From NCBI GenBank assembly GCA_002401485.1, contig NVTF01000001.1:1-59607 (forward strand): DNA of 59,607 bases. Direction: 5' to 3'. The notes beneath the pieces were generated by a model. It saw only the letters and a list, made by a program, of their open reading frames with translations. It was not told where the DNA came from and made no database searches. Made by a program: the position numbers and the translations under genes. Below are positions 28,021 through 38,315 of this stretch, piece after piece; positions within the stretch are counted from its first letter, which is position 1, and each line of letters begins with the position of its first letter. This stretch comes from Elusimicrobiota bacterium (lineage in GTDB: Bacteria > Elusimicrobiota > Elusimicrobia > UBA1565).

Positions 28021-28939
28021 TTTGCCCATTCCACCCGGTTCGGAAATTCTTCTTATCGGCGCCGGATCCCTCGGCCGTGTGTTGGCCGCCCGCATGGAGC
28101 ACGCGGGCTTTAGCCCGATCTTCTTCCGCCCCCCAAATCGCAAACCACTCGCCGACCACGGCACGGTTGAGGAAAAAATATCCGGAAAAGTTTTTCACCA
28201 CGCGATCCGGTCGGTCGCCCTTTTGCCCTTTGATCTCTCCCGTTTTAAGGCGGTCGGCGTTTTGGTTCGCTACGAAAGTCTCGCGACCGTGCTCGATGAA
28301 CTTTGCCGAAGAGAGAATACGCCGCCGGTCGCGGTATTTACGCCCATTCTCTTTCCTGCGGAACTGGAACCCATCGCCATGCGCGCCTCAACCACGGCCT
28401 GTTTTCCCGAAATCGCCGCTTTGCCTCCGGAAGATAACCGTGTCGTGTATACCTTGGCCGCTACTCAGGAATTTTTATCAGTGGGCGACAATCCCCTCGC
28501 GAGTGTTCTCTGGGCGGAGCTTCTTAAAGGAGCAAATATTCCCGCCCGGTTCTCTGAACGCCCCTTGGGAGAACTCTGCGCGAAATATTCCTACGGCATC
28601 CCGCTGCTCATGGCGCTGGAGCTGTCCGAGTACAACACGGGGCGTTTGGCTAGAGACCAAGCCCTCATTAAAACCGCCTGGCATGCCGCGGCGGAAGGCA
28701 TGCAAGCCGGGCGCTCGAAGGGATGCCTGCCCGGTTTTGGCATTCGGCTTTTAGCAAAGCTTCCCGCCGGTCCCATCGCCTTCGCCGCCTCGCTTGTGCT
28801 GAGAATTTTACCGACCTTTCCGCGCCGCATGCTGGAAGAACACTTCAAGAAGGTTTCGGAACAGACGCGACTGGCCTGCAGTCGGCTGGCTAAGCTTTCG
28901 CCGGAAGGCTCGGCGCTCAGACGACTCGTTGGAACTTAA
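27971..28939 (+). CDS. Rossmann-fold protein, ketopantoate-reductase-like (weak call)
   Basis: ILLIGAGSLGRVLAARMEHAG dinucleotide-binding motif near the N-terminus. The C-terminal half is not clearly recognisable. The start is uncertain: ATG 27971 overlaps tsaC, and TTG 28022 directly follows its stop codon. Confidence 0.4.
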   Translation: MKQIRSLFGAAQGIGISLPIPPGSEILLIGAGSLGRVLAARMEHAGFSPIFFRPPNRKPLADHGTVEEKISGKVFHHAIRSVALLPFDLSRFKAVGVLVRYESLATVLDELCRRENTPPVAVFTPILFPAELEPIAMRASTTACFPEIAALPPEDNRVVYTLAATQEFLSVGDNPLASVLWAELLKGANIPARFSERPLGELCAKYSYGIPLLMALELSEYNTGRLARDQALIKTAWHAAAEGMQAGRSKGCLPGFGIRLLAKLPAGPIAFAASLVLRILPTFPRRMLEEHFKKVSEQTRLACSRLAKLSPEGSALRRLVGT

Positions 28940-28951
28940 ATAGGAGGTATT

Positions 28952-29350
28952 ATGCCCGCAACCGAAAAAATAGCGCTTAAAAAAGTCGGATACGTCATCC
29001 TTTATGTAAAAGATGCTGAAAAAGCCTGTGGGTTTTATGAAGGGCAGCTTGGCCTCAAGGTCCGGATGAAGGACAAAAACTGGTCCGAACTCGAAACAGA
29101 AGGTTTTACCTTAGCCCTCCACGGCGCCGAAAACCTCAGCGAAAAGACCGAAACAACGCCTGTTGTCGTCTTTAACGTCGAGGATATCAAGGCTGCTCAT
29201 GCTCAATTAAAGGACTCCGTTGGAGCCGATCCCCTCAAGTCCGTGTGTGAATTCGACGGAATGGTGGGCGTCTCCACGGAATTTAAGGACCCCGACGGCA
29301 ACCGCCTCAGCGTTTTCGGAATGCTTAAAAAGGAAGACTGGGAAAGCTAG
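28952..29350 (+). CDS. Glyoxalase/VOC-family protein
   Basis: 132 aa. AGGAGG Shine-Dalgarno site 6 nt upstream. VGYVILYVKDAEKACGFYEGQLGL...FKDPDGNRLSVF. Confidence 0.85.
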   Translation: MPATEKIALKKVGYVILYVKDAEKACGFYEGQLGLKVRMKDKNWSELETEGFTLALHGAENLSEKTETTPVVVFNVEDIKAAHAQLKDSVGADPLKSVCEFDGMVGVSTEFKDPDGNRLSVFGMLKKEDWES

Positions 29351-29382
29351 GAACATCCGGGTCATGCCGGGGTCGAACCCGC

Positions 29383-29553
29383 ATGACCACCCTAACCACC
29401 TTCATCACCGCCGTTGTTTTGTTCACCATCAGCCGCGAAGTGGTAGACCGTTTCTTTAATCTCTACACAACCGACCGGGCCGTCGCCTATGGGTTTTGCG
29501 GGGGATTTAGCGTCTGGGCGCTGTTGGCCGTCTACTTCGCGCCGTTACTCTGA
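29383..29553 (+). CDS. Possible 56-aa two-TM peptide (below the track cutoff)
   Basis: My own translation: MTTLTTFITAVVLFTISREVVDRFFNLYTTDRAVAYGFCGGFSVWALLAVYFAPLL*. It overlaps the convergent gene by 9 nt. There is no other support. Confidence 0.3.
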   Translation: MTTLTTFITAVVLFTISREVVDRFFNLYTTDRAVAYGFCGGFSVWALLAVYFAPLL

Positions 29554-30102
29554 GGCCGGAGGCAAAACACGCGTCGCCTTCAGGGCGTTTTCAATATTCT
29601 TCGCCCAAGCCATCACAATCTTCTTCTCTTCCGTCGTCAACCCCGACTTCCAATGCATCGCCTTATAATTTCTAGGCGGCATCCGGTCCTCTTCCAACAC
29701 TTCCCGAAGTTCATGCAAATCATCCAAGAAATCCTTCTCGGCCATAAACGGAAATCCCGCACTCATATTAAATTCTTTCTTCGCGTGCCGGATATCGTCT
29801 TCAACCATGCCTTTTACAGGCGGAATTTTAGAATAGAGAGGAAGACGCGCCACCACGCCATGACAGTCGTAGCATTTGACCTGTAAAATGGGGCGGACCT
29901 TGCGATCATAAACCTCGGCCGCGGCGAGAACAGCCGAACACGGGACGCCTTGAATACTCGCCGATGGAGTATGGGGACAGGGATTTTCGCGCAACTCCCC
30001 TTCCGTTGAATTAGCCGGCACCGTCATAAAGCGCATCACCGCGAGAAATCCTACCACCAAACAAAATCCATTCAGCAAGGTATTACGGTTCTGCGTGGTC
30101 AT
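29545..30102 (-). CDS. Membrane-anchored haem-binding-domain protein (CxxCH)
   Basis: N-terminal TM segment. VKCYDCHG (CxxCH), then LPLYSKIPP...DDIRHAKKEFNMS...EDRMPPRNYKAMHW, matching the haem-binding domain family as I recall it. Confidence 0.7.
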   Translation of the reverse strand: MTTQNRNTLLNGFCLVVGFLAVMRFMTVPANSTEGELRENPCPHTPSASIQGVPCSAVLAAAEVYDRKVRPILQVKCYDCHGVVARLPLYSKIPPVKGMVEDDIRHAKKEFNMSAGFPFMAEKDFLDDLHELREVLEEDRMPPRNYKAMHWKSGLTTEEKKIVMAWAKNIENALKATRVLPPASE

Positions 30103-30413
30103 GGTTTAACCTCAATGCCTTGCTCCGCAAAAAGACGGAGACGCTCCAACGCCTTCACGACAGCTTTGTAGTCCGCAGCACACTCATCACTGGACCCGAC
30201 CGCCTCTCGCGCCACGCGGGAAAAACTCTGCGCCTGTCGCACGGCGTCTTTATAACTGCGGGTCTCCAAGGCGGCCCGGGCGCGCCGCAGCAAATCAAGC
30301 GCCGTCTGCTCCGGGCGCCCATCCTTCAACTTCAGCATTCGGTAATAAAATTTATTAAGCAAATCATCGGACTCATCATGAAGGTCTCGAAGACGCGCGC
30401 TTGAAACAGCCAT
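30099..30413 (-). CDS. Hypothetical helical protein
   Basis: 104-aa ORF, translationally coupled (ATGA) to the haem-binding gene. No motif recognised. Confidence 0.45.
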   Translation of the reverse strand: MAVSSARLRDLHDESDDLLNKFYYRMLKLKDGRPEQTALDLLRRARAALETRSYKDAVRQAQSFSRVAREAVGSSDECAADYKAVVKALERLRLFAEQGIEVKP

Positions 30414-30430
30414 GGTCTAGCATACCGCCC

Positions 30431-31462
30431 CTATCTGCGTTTTACAAGATCAACAACTAACGGGAAGTGGTCAGAAATACCGGTGCGGTCCATCGGATCA
30501 AAACGCAGCGGCCGGCCGCGCTTATCCTTCTGGCCCCTTGCACTGTCGACGAGGCGCACCGATGCGGCATCAATTGTCCAAGGGGCACTCCCGTTGGGAT
30601 CCATATTCTTTGAAATCAACACGACATCAAGAAATGACCAACTTTTTTTAGGCGCATAATAATGCGTCCCGGGACATTTTTTGCATCCAAGTTCATGCGC
30701 GAGTGCCCACTGCTCCCCGGCAAGCCGCGCAAATACACGAAACTCCGCCTCTTCTTCAGCGGTGATATTAAAATCACCGCCGACCAGCATGAGAGACGCG
30801 CTGCTGATGCGTTGGCGATAGTTGTTAAGAATACGCAACCCTCCCTCACGGAGGCGTCGCGGCGCGGCCGGAGAAGGAAAATGCACCACCCCCGTTTGCA
30901 GGACGGTACCGTCTGGAAGCGACAACCCCGCAATCAACAATCCCCGCGTCAGGGTCCCGCCGGCATCTCTATAGAGCGTTGGGCCCGAAACAACCGGCAG
31001 GCGCGTCAGAATGGCCTGGTCGATGCCGCGCGCGTCGTTGGCTTCCAGGAGAAGTCCCGGGCCATATCCCGCGTCGGCCAAGGGACCGGTGCGAAGCCGC
31101 TCCAAGATCGCCTTATTCTCGACTTCCTGCAGCAGCAAAATATCGGGACCCCTCCCATCACCGACAGAAAGGATCACCTTCCCTAAACGCTTCATTTTCA
31201 CCGCAAGCGTCTCTGAGGACCAATCCCACTCAAGACACTGATCCCGGTACAGCGCACGCTTCATCTTTTGGCACGCGGTTTTGTGCTCACGTGTTTCTTT
31301 GCCGGCAAGCGGCAGGAAGGCCAGGTCGTTTTTATCGGGATCGTGTTTTGTGTCGAAAAGATTCTCGACATTAAACGTCATCACACTCACACGTTTTATT
31401 TCGGGTTCCGGCTCGGCCTTGGCGCAGCCCGCAAGCAAAACGAAGAAAAGCAGCCGTTTCAC
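30431..31462 (-). CDS. Endonuclease/exonuclease/phosphatase (EEP) family lipoprotein
   Basis: GTG at 31462 (GTGA overlap) gives VKRLLFFVLLAGCAKA, which contains a lipobox. VMTFNVENLFD near the N-terminus and GISDHFPLVVDL at the C-terminus are EEP hallmarks. Confidence 0.8.
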   Translation of the reverse strand: MKRLLFFVLLAGCAKAEPEPEIKRVSVMTFNVENLFDTKHDPDKNDLAFLPLAGKETREHKTACQKMKRALYRDQCLEWDWSSETLAVKMKRLGKVILSVGDGRGPDILLLQEVENKAILERLRTGPLADAGYGPGLLLEANDARGIDQAILTRLPVVSGPTLYRDAGGTLTRGLLIAGLSLPDGTVLQTGVVHFPSPAAPRRLREGGLRILNNYRQRISSASLMLVGGDFNITAEEEAEFRVFARLAGEQWALAHELGCKKCPGTHYYAPKKSWSFLDVVLISKNMDPNGSAPWTIDAASVRLVDSARGQKDKRGRPLRFDPMDRTGISDHFPLVVDLVKRR

Positions 31463-32823
31463 TTCAGCGACTGAAGCGGAGCGCGGGAGTCGGACTCTAA
31501 AACACGACGCCCGAGCAGGCGTTCGGCGCAGCGTTTTCCGTCGAGAATCGTCTCTTCCATAAACGAATACTTCCACCCGCCCCAACGCCCGATGGAACGA
31601 ACCCCCCTGCCCGCAAGCGCCTTCATGATCGTATGCACCGAAGCGGTTCGCGCTTGGTCATAGACAACATAGGCGCACTCAATGGGAATCCACAACGATG
31701 TGAGGATTCGGTCCGATCGCTTAAGAACGCCGCATTCCCGAAGACCCGCAAGAGACGCTTTTGCGAGAGCCCTATAATCAACCCTCTGCTTCGGGTCACG
31801 CGAAATTTCGATGTACATGGAGGAGGTTCCGCGCGGACCCACTGAACGGGAAAAGTTCGTTGGGAAACCCACACGGTAGAAGGGGTATTTCTTCTCCGGG
31901 AAATAAATCCAATGTTTGTCCGAAATCCGGGCCCGGTCAACACCCACATTTAGGTTATGCACACTCACCCATCGCAGACGCCGCCGCGCCGCCTTCACGG
32001 CCCCCGACAACGGAGTCGCGATATCCAGAAACTCATTAAGAGGCAGCGTATTAACAAGCCGCTCGTAACGGACTTCTCCCAATCCCTCAATCAGAGCAAC
32101 TTTCTCCCGCAAATCGATATGCGTCGCACGGGAATTCAAAGACAATTTTTTGGAATCGATGCGCGAGGCGAGCGCATCCGGGAGGGCTTGCGTCCCGCCC
32201 TTGGTCGGGTAGCGAAAAAACGCGTTGTAGCCGAAGAATTTTTTCTGGTCCGTTAACGCTCCATAGAGCACCTCTTCGGCTTTCGGACTCGGCAGAAATC
32301 GACCTTGCCATTCCGTAGTCATCCCTTTCAGAGGTGTCCGCCATAATTTTTCGTTGTACGGCTTCATGAAATGACGCTCAATTCCAGAGCCGAAAGTTTT
32401 GTCAACCCATTCCCCAAATGAGGGATGCTTCGATAACGCCCTCGGCCGCCGTTTATTCTGAAGAAAGCCCGCGACGCACTCCGCAATCACCTTCGGGGGC
32501 AGGCCGAAGGTATTCGCTTGGAAGGGATAACGCGTATCGACTCCATGCGAGTGGATCCACGTGGAGCGTTCGTGCGACGTGAGATTGCCTCGGAGGAGAT
32601 TTGTGATCAGCTTTTTGCCGTAAGGATCATGCAAGTGAAGAAGATGCCCTGTATGATCGAATAGGAAGCCGTCTTTTTTTTCGCTCCCGGCACGTCCGCC
32701 CACCTTCTCTCGTTTCTCAATAATGAGATACCGGCCCTTTTTTCCGAGTTGATCCAGATGGTACGCCGTGGAAAGCCCCGCGAGGCCGCCGCCTAATATC
32801 AGAACCTCTGTTTTAACCGTCAT
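31459..32823 (-). CDS. FAD-dependent oxidoreductase, UDP-galactopyranose-mutase/amine-oxidase-like
   Basis: In-frame ATG at 32823 (ATGA overlap). VLILGGGLAGLSTAYHL...IIEKREKVGGRA Rossmann motif. C-terminal IGRWGGWKYSFMEETILDG resembles UGM-type flavoenzymes. Confidence 0.65.
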   Translation of the reverse strand: MTVKTEVLILGGGLAGLSTAYHLDQLGKKGRYLIIEKREKVGGRAGSEKKDGFLFDHTGHLLHLHDPYGKKLITNLLRGNLTSHERSTWIHSHGVDTRYPFQANTFGLPPKVIAECVAGFLQNKRRPRALSKHPSFGEWVDKTFGSGIERHFMKPYNEKLWRTPLKGMTTEWQGRFLPSPKAEEVLYGALTDQKKFFGYNAFFRYPTKGGTQALPDALASRIDSKKLSLNSRATHIDLREKVALIEGLGEVRYERLVNTLPLNEFLDIATPLSGAVKAARRRLRWVSVHNLNVGVDRARISDKHWIYFPEKKYPFYRVGFPTNFSRSVGPRGTSSMYIEISRDPKQRVDYRALAKASLAGLRECGVLKRSDRILTSLWIPIECAYVVYDQARTASVHTIMKALAGRGVRSIGRWGGWKYSFMEETILDGKRCAERLLGRRVLESDSRAPLQSLK

Positions 32824-33869
32824 CCCATCTCGACCTTGGTAATCGCCCACGCGAGGGTGAGCGTAAACGAACCAACGACGAAATAAATCCATATCGCCCA
32901 CGGCGTACTCACAAGCGTGACAAGTAAGGCGCAGACCGACAAAAACGCCGAAGCAACGATGCACAGCGCAACAATCTGCAGTCGTGAATAACCAAGCCTC
33001 TCCAAACGAAGGGCGAAGTGATCCAGCGACCCCCGAAAGGGGGAAAGCCCTTTTTTGAGGCGGATGAACATGACATAAAACGTGTCAAACATCGGGATCG
33101 CAAGAATAAATAAAGGCGCAAAAACACCGAGCGGGTTGACCTGGGTATAGTCAATGCCCATCGCAAGAGCCGCAAGCACAAACCCGAGCAGCAGCGATCC
33201 CGAGTCGCCCATGAACATTTTTCGTTTACTGGAGAAATTCCAAGGCAGAAAACCTCCGGCAGCCCCGACCATAGCGGCCGCCGCGAAATTCACATAAACA
33301 TCCTCCGAGGGCATCGCGATCAGCAAAAACCCGAGCGCGGCAACAACGCCTTGTGACGCCGCGAGGCCGTCGATGATATCGATGATATTGAACGCGTTGC
33401 AAATACCCACAACCCAGATGACGGTGAGCATAACCGCGATGTAGTGGGGATTGATGAAGCGCAATTCGATTTCGAAAGAAATCAGCACCACGGCAGCCAA
33501 GGCCTGCACAAACATCTTGGTTTTCCAATCCAACCCCATCGGCTTGCGCAGATCATCAACAACACCCAACAGGAAAACGAATGCCCCCCCGGCAAGAATC
33601 GCGCGAAGGCGAAAGAGCGTTCCGGTTGGGAAATTCGTTAAAAACCGCGCCGCGACAAGCGCCCCGGCGAACCCGATCCAAATCCCGATACCCCCGAGCG
33701 CGGGAGTGGCGACCGTGTGCGTCTTCACATCGCTTCCGGGCGTATCCAGCCAGCGCATACGCATGGCGAGCATATGCACAAGAGGCATTACCGAAAACGA
33801 TAATCCAAAGGCGATCGCAATCGTTTTCAGGTACAACCACGCGTTTCCGGCATCTCCAGGCATGTTCAT
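32820..33869 (-). CDS. Polyprenyl-phosphate N-acetylhexosamine-1-phosphate transferase (MraY/WecA, GT4 family)
   Basis: Polytopic protein. NAFNIIDIIDGLA and FMGDSGSLLLG motifs. ATGA overlap start at 33869. Confidence 0.88.
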   Translation of the reverse strand: MNMPGDAGNAWLYLKTIAIAFGLSFSVMPLVHMLAMRMRWLDTPGSDVKTHTVATPALGGIGIWIGFAGALVAARFLTNFPTGTLFRLRAILAGGAFVFLLGVVDDLRKPMGLDWKTKMFVQALAAVVLISFEIELRFINPHYIAVMLTVIWVVGICNAFNIIDIIDGLAASQGVVAALGFLLIAMPSEDVYVNFAAAAMVGAAGGFLPWNFSSKRKMFMGDSGSLLLGFVLAALAMGIDYTQVNPLGVFAPLFILAIPMFDTFYVMFIRLKKGLSPFRGSLDHFALRLERLGYSRLQIVALCIVASAFLSVCALLVTLVSTPWAIWIYFVVGSFTLTLAWAITKVEMG

Positions 33870-35887
33870 CGAATTCGGTACAACATACAACGTTCCGGGG
33901 ATTCGAACACCTGTTCCAGCTGTTCTTGTGAGAAAACCTTCCAAACCTCTTTTCCGTGGTCGTTAAAATGAAAAACCCCGTATTGTTTATCCAACCGGCG
34001 CCCCTCCCCCGGGACAAAAAGGAGATGGCTGTATCCCTCATCACGCAAGGTCTGCGCGTAGGTTACGGGATCGGGCGCTTTATTAGCCAACTTCACAAAA
34101 CGGTTTGGAGCCATCGGCGTCGTAATCGTATTGCGCCTCCTGAGGAAATACCCTCTCTGCTCACCGACTACAAGAACCCGAACGTCTTCCGGAAGCGTCT
34201 CTGAAGCAGCCCGCGCGCAGGCGTAATACGGGAACTTTTCATCCAAAAACTGTTCCCGGCTTTTCATTCCCGTCAGCGAGTCTAAACTCCCCACCGCAGC
34301 GTGCACGAATAAGAATAACGCCAGATTGGTAAACACGCAAACCGTGACACCCCCCGTCAATAAACCTTGCCACGGTCCGCGCAGGCGTTCGTGCAGCGCA
34401 TGCAGTCCATTGGCCGCGAGCAAGGACCATAACGGGATCAGCACAACGAGGAATCGAAGAACAACACCCGTCGAAAACCAAATCGCCCCATGAGCGAGGC
34501 AATATCCAAGAATCCAGCGCAGCGCTCGCTTTCGCCAAGCGCCCCAAATCACAAGAGGCGCCGCCGCGAAACTAAGCGCCCACCCCAAGCCGCCTAAAAC
34601 GTCCGCCCCTCCGCCAAATCGCGTCGACCCCGTAGCAGCGAGGTAAGGGAATTGCATGAGATCAACCAAGAAATGTCCTTTTTGATGACCGTACTCGGTG
34701 AGAATTTCAAAATAACGCTGCGCCGCCGTTGCAGCCCAATCCACCCCGTGCAGTGAAAAGAATTGATAAAAAAACGGGAAGACAGGGTCGCCTACAAAAA
34801 ACCAATTCTTAATCAACCAGGGAAGGCCAGCCGCTGACGAGCAGGCAAAAAACAGAAGACCGTCCTTAAGGCGGCTTCGCGAGGTCCGTGCGTCTTTTTT
34901 CCCCAAACGGGACTGTATCCAGCGCCCCAAGAGAACTCCCCCGATTACTATGGAAACAATGCCCGCATAATATTTCGTCCCAATACCGATTCCCGCAAAA
35001 ACACCCGCGAGGGCGAGCCACCCACGCGGCATATCCGGTTCATCGGCATCGATGCGCCAGCGAATAAACGAGAAAACTGCGGCCGTCACCCACAACATAA
35101 CGAGGCATTCCACATACGCGATGGGAGTGAGGAGCATCACAGCCGTATGCGTCACGATCAGAAAACAGGCGAGCAAAACAGCCGTGACCGGGACGAGACG
35201 TTTCCCTGTTTCGAGCGTCCACCAGACGGTCAGGAAGGTGCCCAACCATGTCATCATCTGCGCAAGCAGGTCCGATCCCAACAGGAGCGACATGGAATAC
35301 AGCATTTCCCCATTCTGAGGAAAGTGCGAGAACAAAAGCTCCGGACGCACGATGATGCGTCCCTCCCGCGCATAGTCTGCGGCAAGCGGCAGATGGTAGA
35401 CGAGGGCGTCGTATTGATGGGGCGGAACAAAACACAACCACAAGAGGATCGCGAGCGCAGCGAGCACACCCCCGGCCAGCACGGGCCGGTCCTGCAGCAA
35501 ATTACGGTTGGCCGTCAACGAAGCGCCGAGATCGCGCATCTCGGTAAAACCAATAACCCAAAATGCTCCCAGCAGCAATGAAACAGACCACGACTTAAGC
35601 CAGCCGATCAATGCCAGAAAAAATAATCCCTGACTCAACAAGCCCAATCCCAATGTCGCTCCGACAATTGTCTTTTCCGGTTCGGTCAAACCCCGAACCC
35701 GGAAACTACGAAGCAGAATGCGCCCGCAGCCCGTCACGGTCAACAACAGAAAAACCAGCAGCATCACAGCCATCATGCCCGAACCCAAGGACCCGCTCAT
35801 TGCCTGGAGCAGCACGTGCACCGCGAAGACAAAGAACAGGCCGACATATGCGTGCGGCCAACGATCGTTGGCGGTCTTTTCGCTCAA
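33866..35887 (-). CDS. Large polytopic membrane protein, GT-C-fold glycosyltransferase-like, with a C-terminal soluble domain
   Basis: 673 aa, at least 12 hydrophobic segments. PPHQYDALVYHLPLA lies in an early loop. A ~130-aa non-membrane tail follows. Confidence 0.55.
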   Translation of the reverse strand: MSEKTANDRWPHAYVGLFFVFAVHVLLQAMSGSLGSGMMAVMLLVFLLLTVTGCGRILLRSFRVRGLTEPEKTIVGATLGLGLLSQGLFFLALIGWLKSWSVSLLLGAFWVIGFTEMRDLGASLTANRNLLQDRPVLAGGVLAALAILLWLCFVPPHQYDALVYHLPLAADYAREGRIIVRPELLFSHFPQNGEMLYSMSLLLGSDLLAQMMTWLGTFLTVWWTLETGKRLVPVTAVLLACFLIVTHTAVMLLTPIAYVECLVMLWVTAAVFSFIRWRIDADEPDMPRGWLALAGVFAGIGIGTKYYAGIVSIVIGGVLLGRWIQSRLGKKDARTSRSRLKDGLLFFACSSAAGLPWLIKNWFFVGDPVFPFFYQFFSLHGVDWAATAAQRYFEILTEYGHQKGHFLVDLMQFPYLAATGSTRFGGGADVLGGLGWALSFAAAPLVIWGAWRKRALRWILGYCLAHGAIWFSTGVVLRFLVVLIPLWSLLAANGLHALHERLRGPWQGLLTGGVTVCVFTNLALFLFVHAAVGSLDSLTGMKSREQFLDEKFPYYACARAASETLPEDVRVLVVGEQRGYFLRRRNTITTPMAPNRFVKLANKAPDPVTYAQTLRDEGYSHLLFVPGEGRRLDKQYGVFHFNDHGKEVWKVFSQEQLEQVFESPERCMLYRIR

Positions 35888-36648
35888 ACTTTCTTCCTCT
35901 CGCGGCGCGGCTTAAAAACCGGATGGAGATAAATTCCTAAACGGGCAAGCAAAACCCAAAACATAACACCGAGCGTTTCAACGCCATATTGAAAACTCCG
36001 ACGGAAATTGATCGAGGATGCTTCTTCGAAATACCGCGCGGAAACAGGGATGTCCCCCAGCCTAAATCCCATGTAGGCAACCTGATGCAGCATCTGTTGA
36101 TCAAACACAAAATCGTCGGAGTTCCCCTCCCACGGCACGACCTCCAGCAATTCGCGGGAATACGCGCGCATGCCCGAATGCCATTCTCCTAAATTTTGAC
36201 CGGCCCAAATATTTTCAGTGATGCTCATTAGCCGGTTGCAGAAGTATTTCCATAACGGCATGCCGCCGGAGAGCGCCTCGCTTCGGGTTCGAATCCGGTT
36301 GCCGCACACCATATCGCAAACATCATCGGCAATGATTCCGGCGAGATAAGGAGTGAGCCGCGGATCATATTGATAATCAGGGTGAACCATGATCACAACG
36401 TCCGCCCCGCGCTGCAATGCTTCGCGGTAACACGTCTTTTGGTTTCCCCCGTATCCGAGATTTTTTTCATGGACGATAGTCGTTAATCCGATTTTTTTTG
36501 CGAGGTCCACCGTTCCATCGGTAGAACGATCGTCCACGAGAATAATCTCATCGACAACATCCTTCGGAATCGCGTTGACGGTCCATTCCAGGGTAGAGGC
36601 GGCATTATAAGCCGGCAACACGGCAATAACCTTCTTGCCTTTAATCAT
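35884..36648 (-). CDS. GT2 glycosyltransferase, polyprenyl-phosphate sugar synthase-like (DPM1/ArnC type)
   Basis: In-frame ATG at 36648 (ATGA overlap). VIAVLPAYNAASTLEWTV...EIILVDDRSTDGT...VMVHPDYQYDP. Confidence 0.85.
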   Translation of the reverse strand: MIKGKKVIAVLPAYNAASTLEWTVNAIPKDVVDEIILVDDRSTDGTVDLAKKIGLTTIVHEKNLGYGGNQKTCYREALQRGADVVIMVHPDYQYDPRLTPYLAGIIADDVCDMVCGNRIRTRSEALSGGMPLWKYFCNRLMSITENIWAGQNLGEWHSGMRAYSRELLEVVPWEGNSDDFVFDQQMLHQVAYMGFRLGDIPVSARYFEEASSINFRRSFQYGVETLGVMFWVLLARLGIYLHPVFKPRRERKKV

Positions 36649-38315
36649 GACGGGGACTCCTGTAATCGGTAAATCGAAATTTCCGGACCGCGACGCACAC
36701 CCGGCTCCGGGCGGAATGCAACCAACCACTCGCTTGCCGTAAAAATTTCAGTCAGAAATGGTTGGAGCTTTTCAAATCCCTCCGCATTCGATCCATAACT
36801 GGTAAACACAAAATAATCGATCCCCGCCGCGCGCACTCCTTTCAATCCATGACTCGGTTCAATCATGGCTCTTCCGCTCGCGGAAAACTTAACATGCCCG
36901 GGACCCGCTTGCAGAATTCTGGAGTCCTGCGCGATCCGATAAATCCCGTAGCCCTTTCCAGGATGAGACGCGAGCATGAGGCGATAAAGCCTGGCCCGCG
37001 GATGCTCTCCGATTTTAGCGAGCAGCATCTGGAGATGCTCGCGACTGGGCGTCAACTGCACAGTGGTATGAGAATTGAAGGACATGACGTTGGACCCGGG
37101 CGGAACATTCGCCTCAATCCACGCGCGCGCCTGCGGGCGCGTGTCAGGGAGAACAAGCTCCGCATCAAACGACCACGAGCGTGCCGCTCCCGGAGCGAGC
37201 AGCAGGACCAACACTGCGGCGCGCACAGCCTCGTTGTGTTTTCCCTTAAGCAGCAGGGACTCGACGGCAAACGCCGCCGCAAGCGCGAGCGCTGGAAACA
37301 CGGGGATCAAAAAGCGAGCCCACCCGCCGTTGGGAAACAGAGAGAGGAACAATACCTAACTGGCGATGGGAATGGCGAAAACAAGCGCAAGGGAACGTCG
37401 TGAGCGATACAGCAAAATGAGACCTGCCAACGCAAAGAGTCCCCCGATAAAAAACGGATCCGCAAATGCTCCTAGATTTTTCAACACATGAACACCCGAT
37501 CCCTTCCCGACAGAGGCCATGATTCCTGTATCGGCGATATCCCGCCATGCCGATCGCCAATCCAGAAGAACAAACGGGGAACCCGCAAAAAATGCGGTGG
37601 GAACGACCGCCCCGCAAATCGCCAGCAGACGAGGGGACGCTTCTCCCGTCTCAAGCCAACGCATACCCCAAACGAGGGGCCCCAACAAGGCAAGCGGTGC
37701 GGCGATGTACTGGGTCGAAACGCAAAACCCTGTTGCCGCCGCGCAGGCAAACAACGACCACCTTTTTCCGGCATCGAGGTAATGCAGTGCCCATAACCAC
37801 GCGAGGGCCGCAAAGAAAAACATAAGGGAATCAGGTTTCGCCGCGTGGGCGCTTATAATCAGCGTCGGCGATGCGGCGAGAAACACCGTCGCCCACAAAC
37901 CCACCCGAGGACGCTGCAGCGCCAACCCGGACCGGTACACCGCGATGAGAGAAAGTGCGCCAAACAAAACAGACAATAGGCGAGCGATTAAATAAAAGAC
38001 GCCTGAATTCCAAGCGAAGTGCGTCCCAAAGTCAGAAACGGAACGCAGCAGGCCAAATCCCGACCAACCGACGAAATACGCCCCGTACGCGCCGAACATC
38101 GTGTACATCCATAAGGTGGGGTATTTAAACAACTGCGGGTTCAAACTCCCCCGTCCGAAGGAAATAGCAACATTGACATGGTGCGGCTCGTCGGCATTAA
38201 ACGATTGCGGCAAGCCGTAACTCATGCCCCAAAACCGCAGCCATAAGGCACACAAGGCAACAACCGCTACCGCGGTCCAAAAAACACGCCGCTTCATGGG
38301 TGGAGCGATCTTCAA
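36645..38315 (-). pseudogene. ArnT/PMT-like GT-C glycosyltransferase interrupted by a single in-frame TAG (37356-37358)
   Basis: Track ORFs 37356..38315 and 36645..37352 are in the same frame. My reading across the junction is ...FAIPIAS * VLFLSLFPNGGWARFLIPVFPALALAAAF. The N-terminal part carries the loop motif SFNADEPHH. The joined length of ~555 aa is typical for the family. Confidence 0.7.

Noticed and set aside
37356-37358. TAG recoding (pyrrolysine or a reassigned stop) as the explanation for the split GT-C gene
   Set aside because: TAG terminates at least three other well-supported genes in this window (ending at 18677, 28020 and 29350). No pyl genes are seen here. A nonsense mutation or a consensus error is the simpler explanation.
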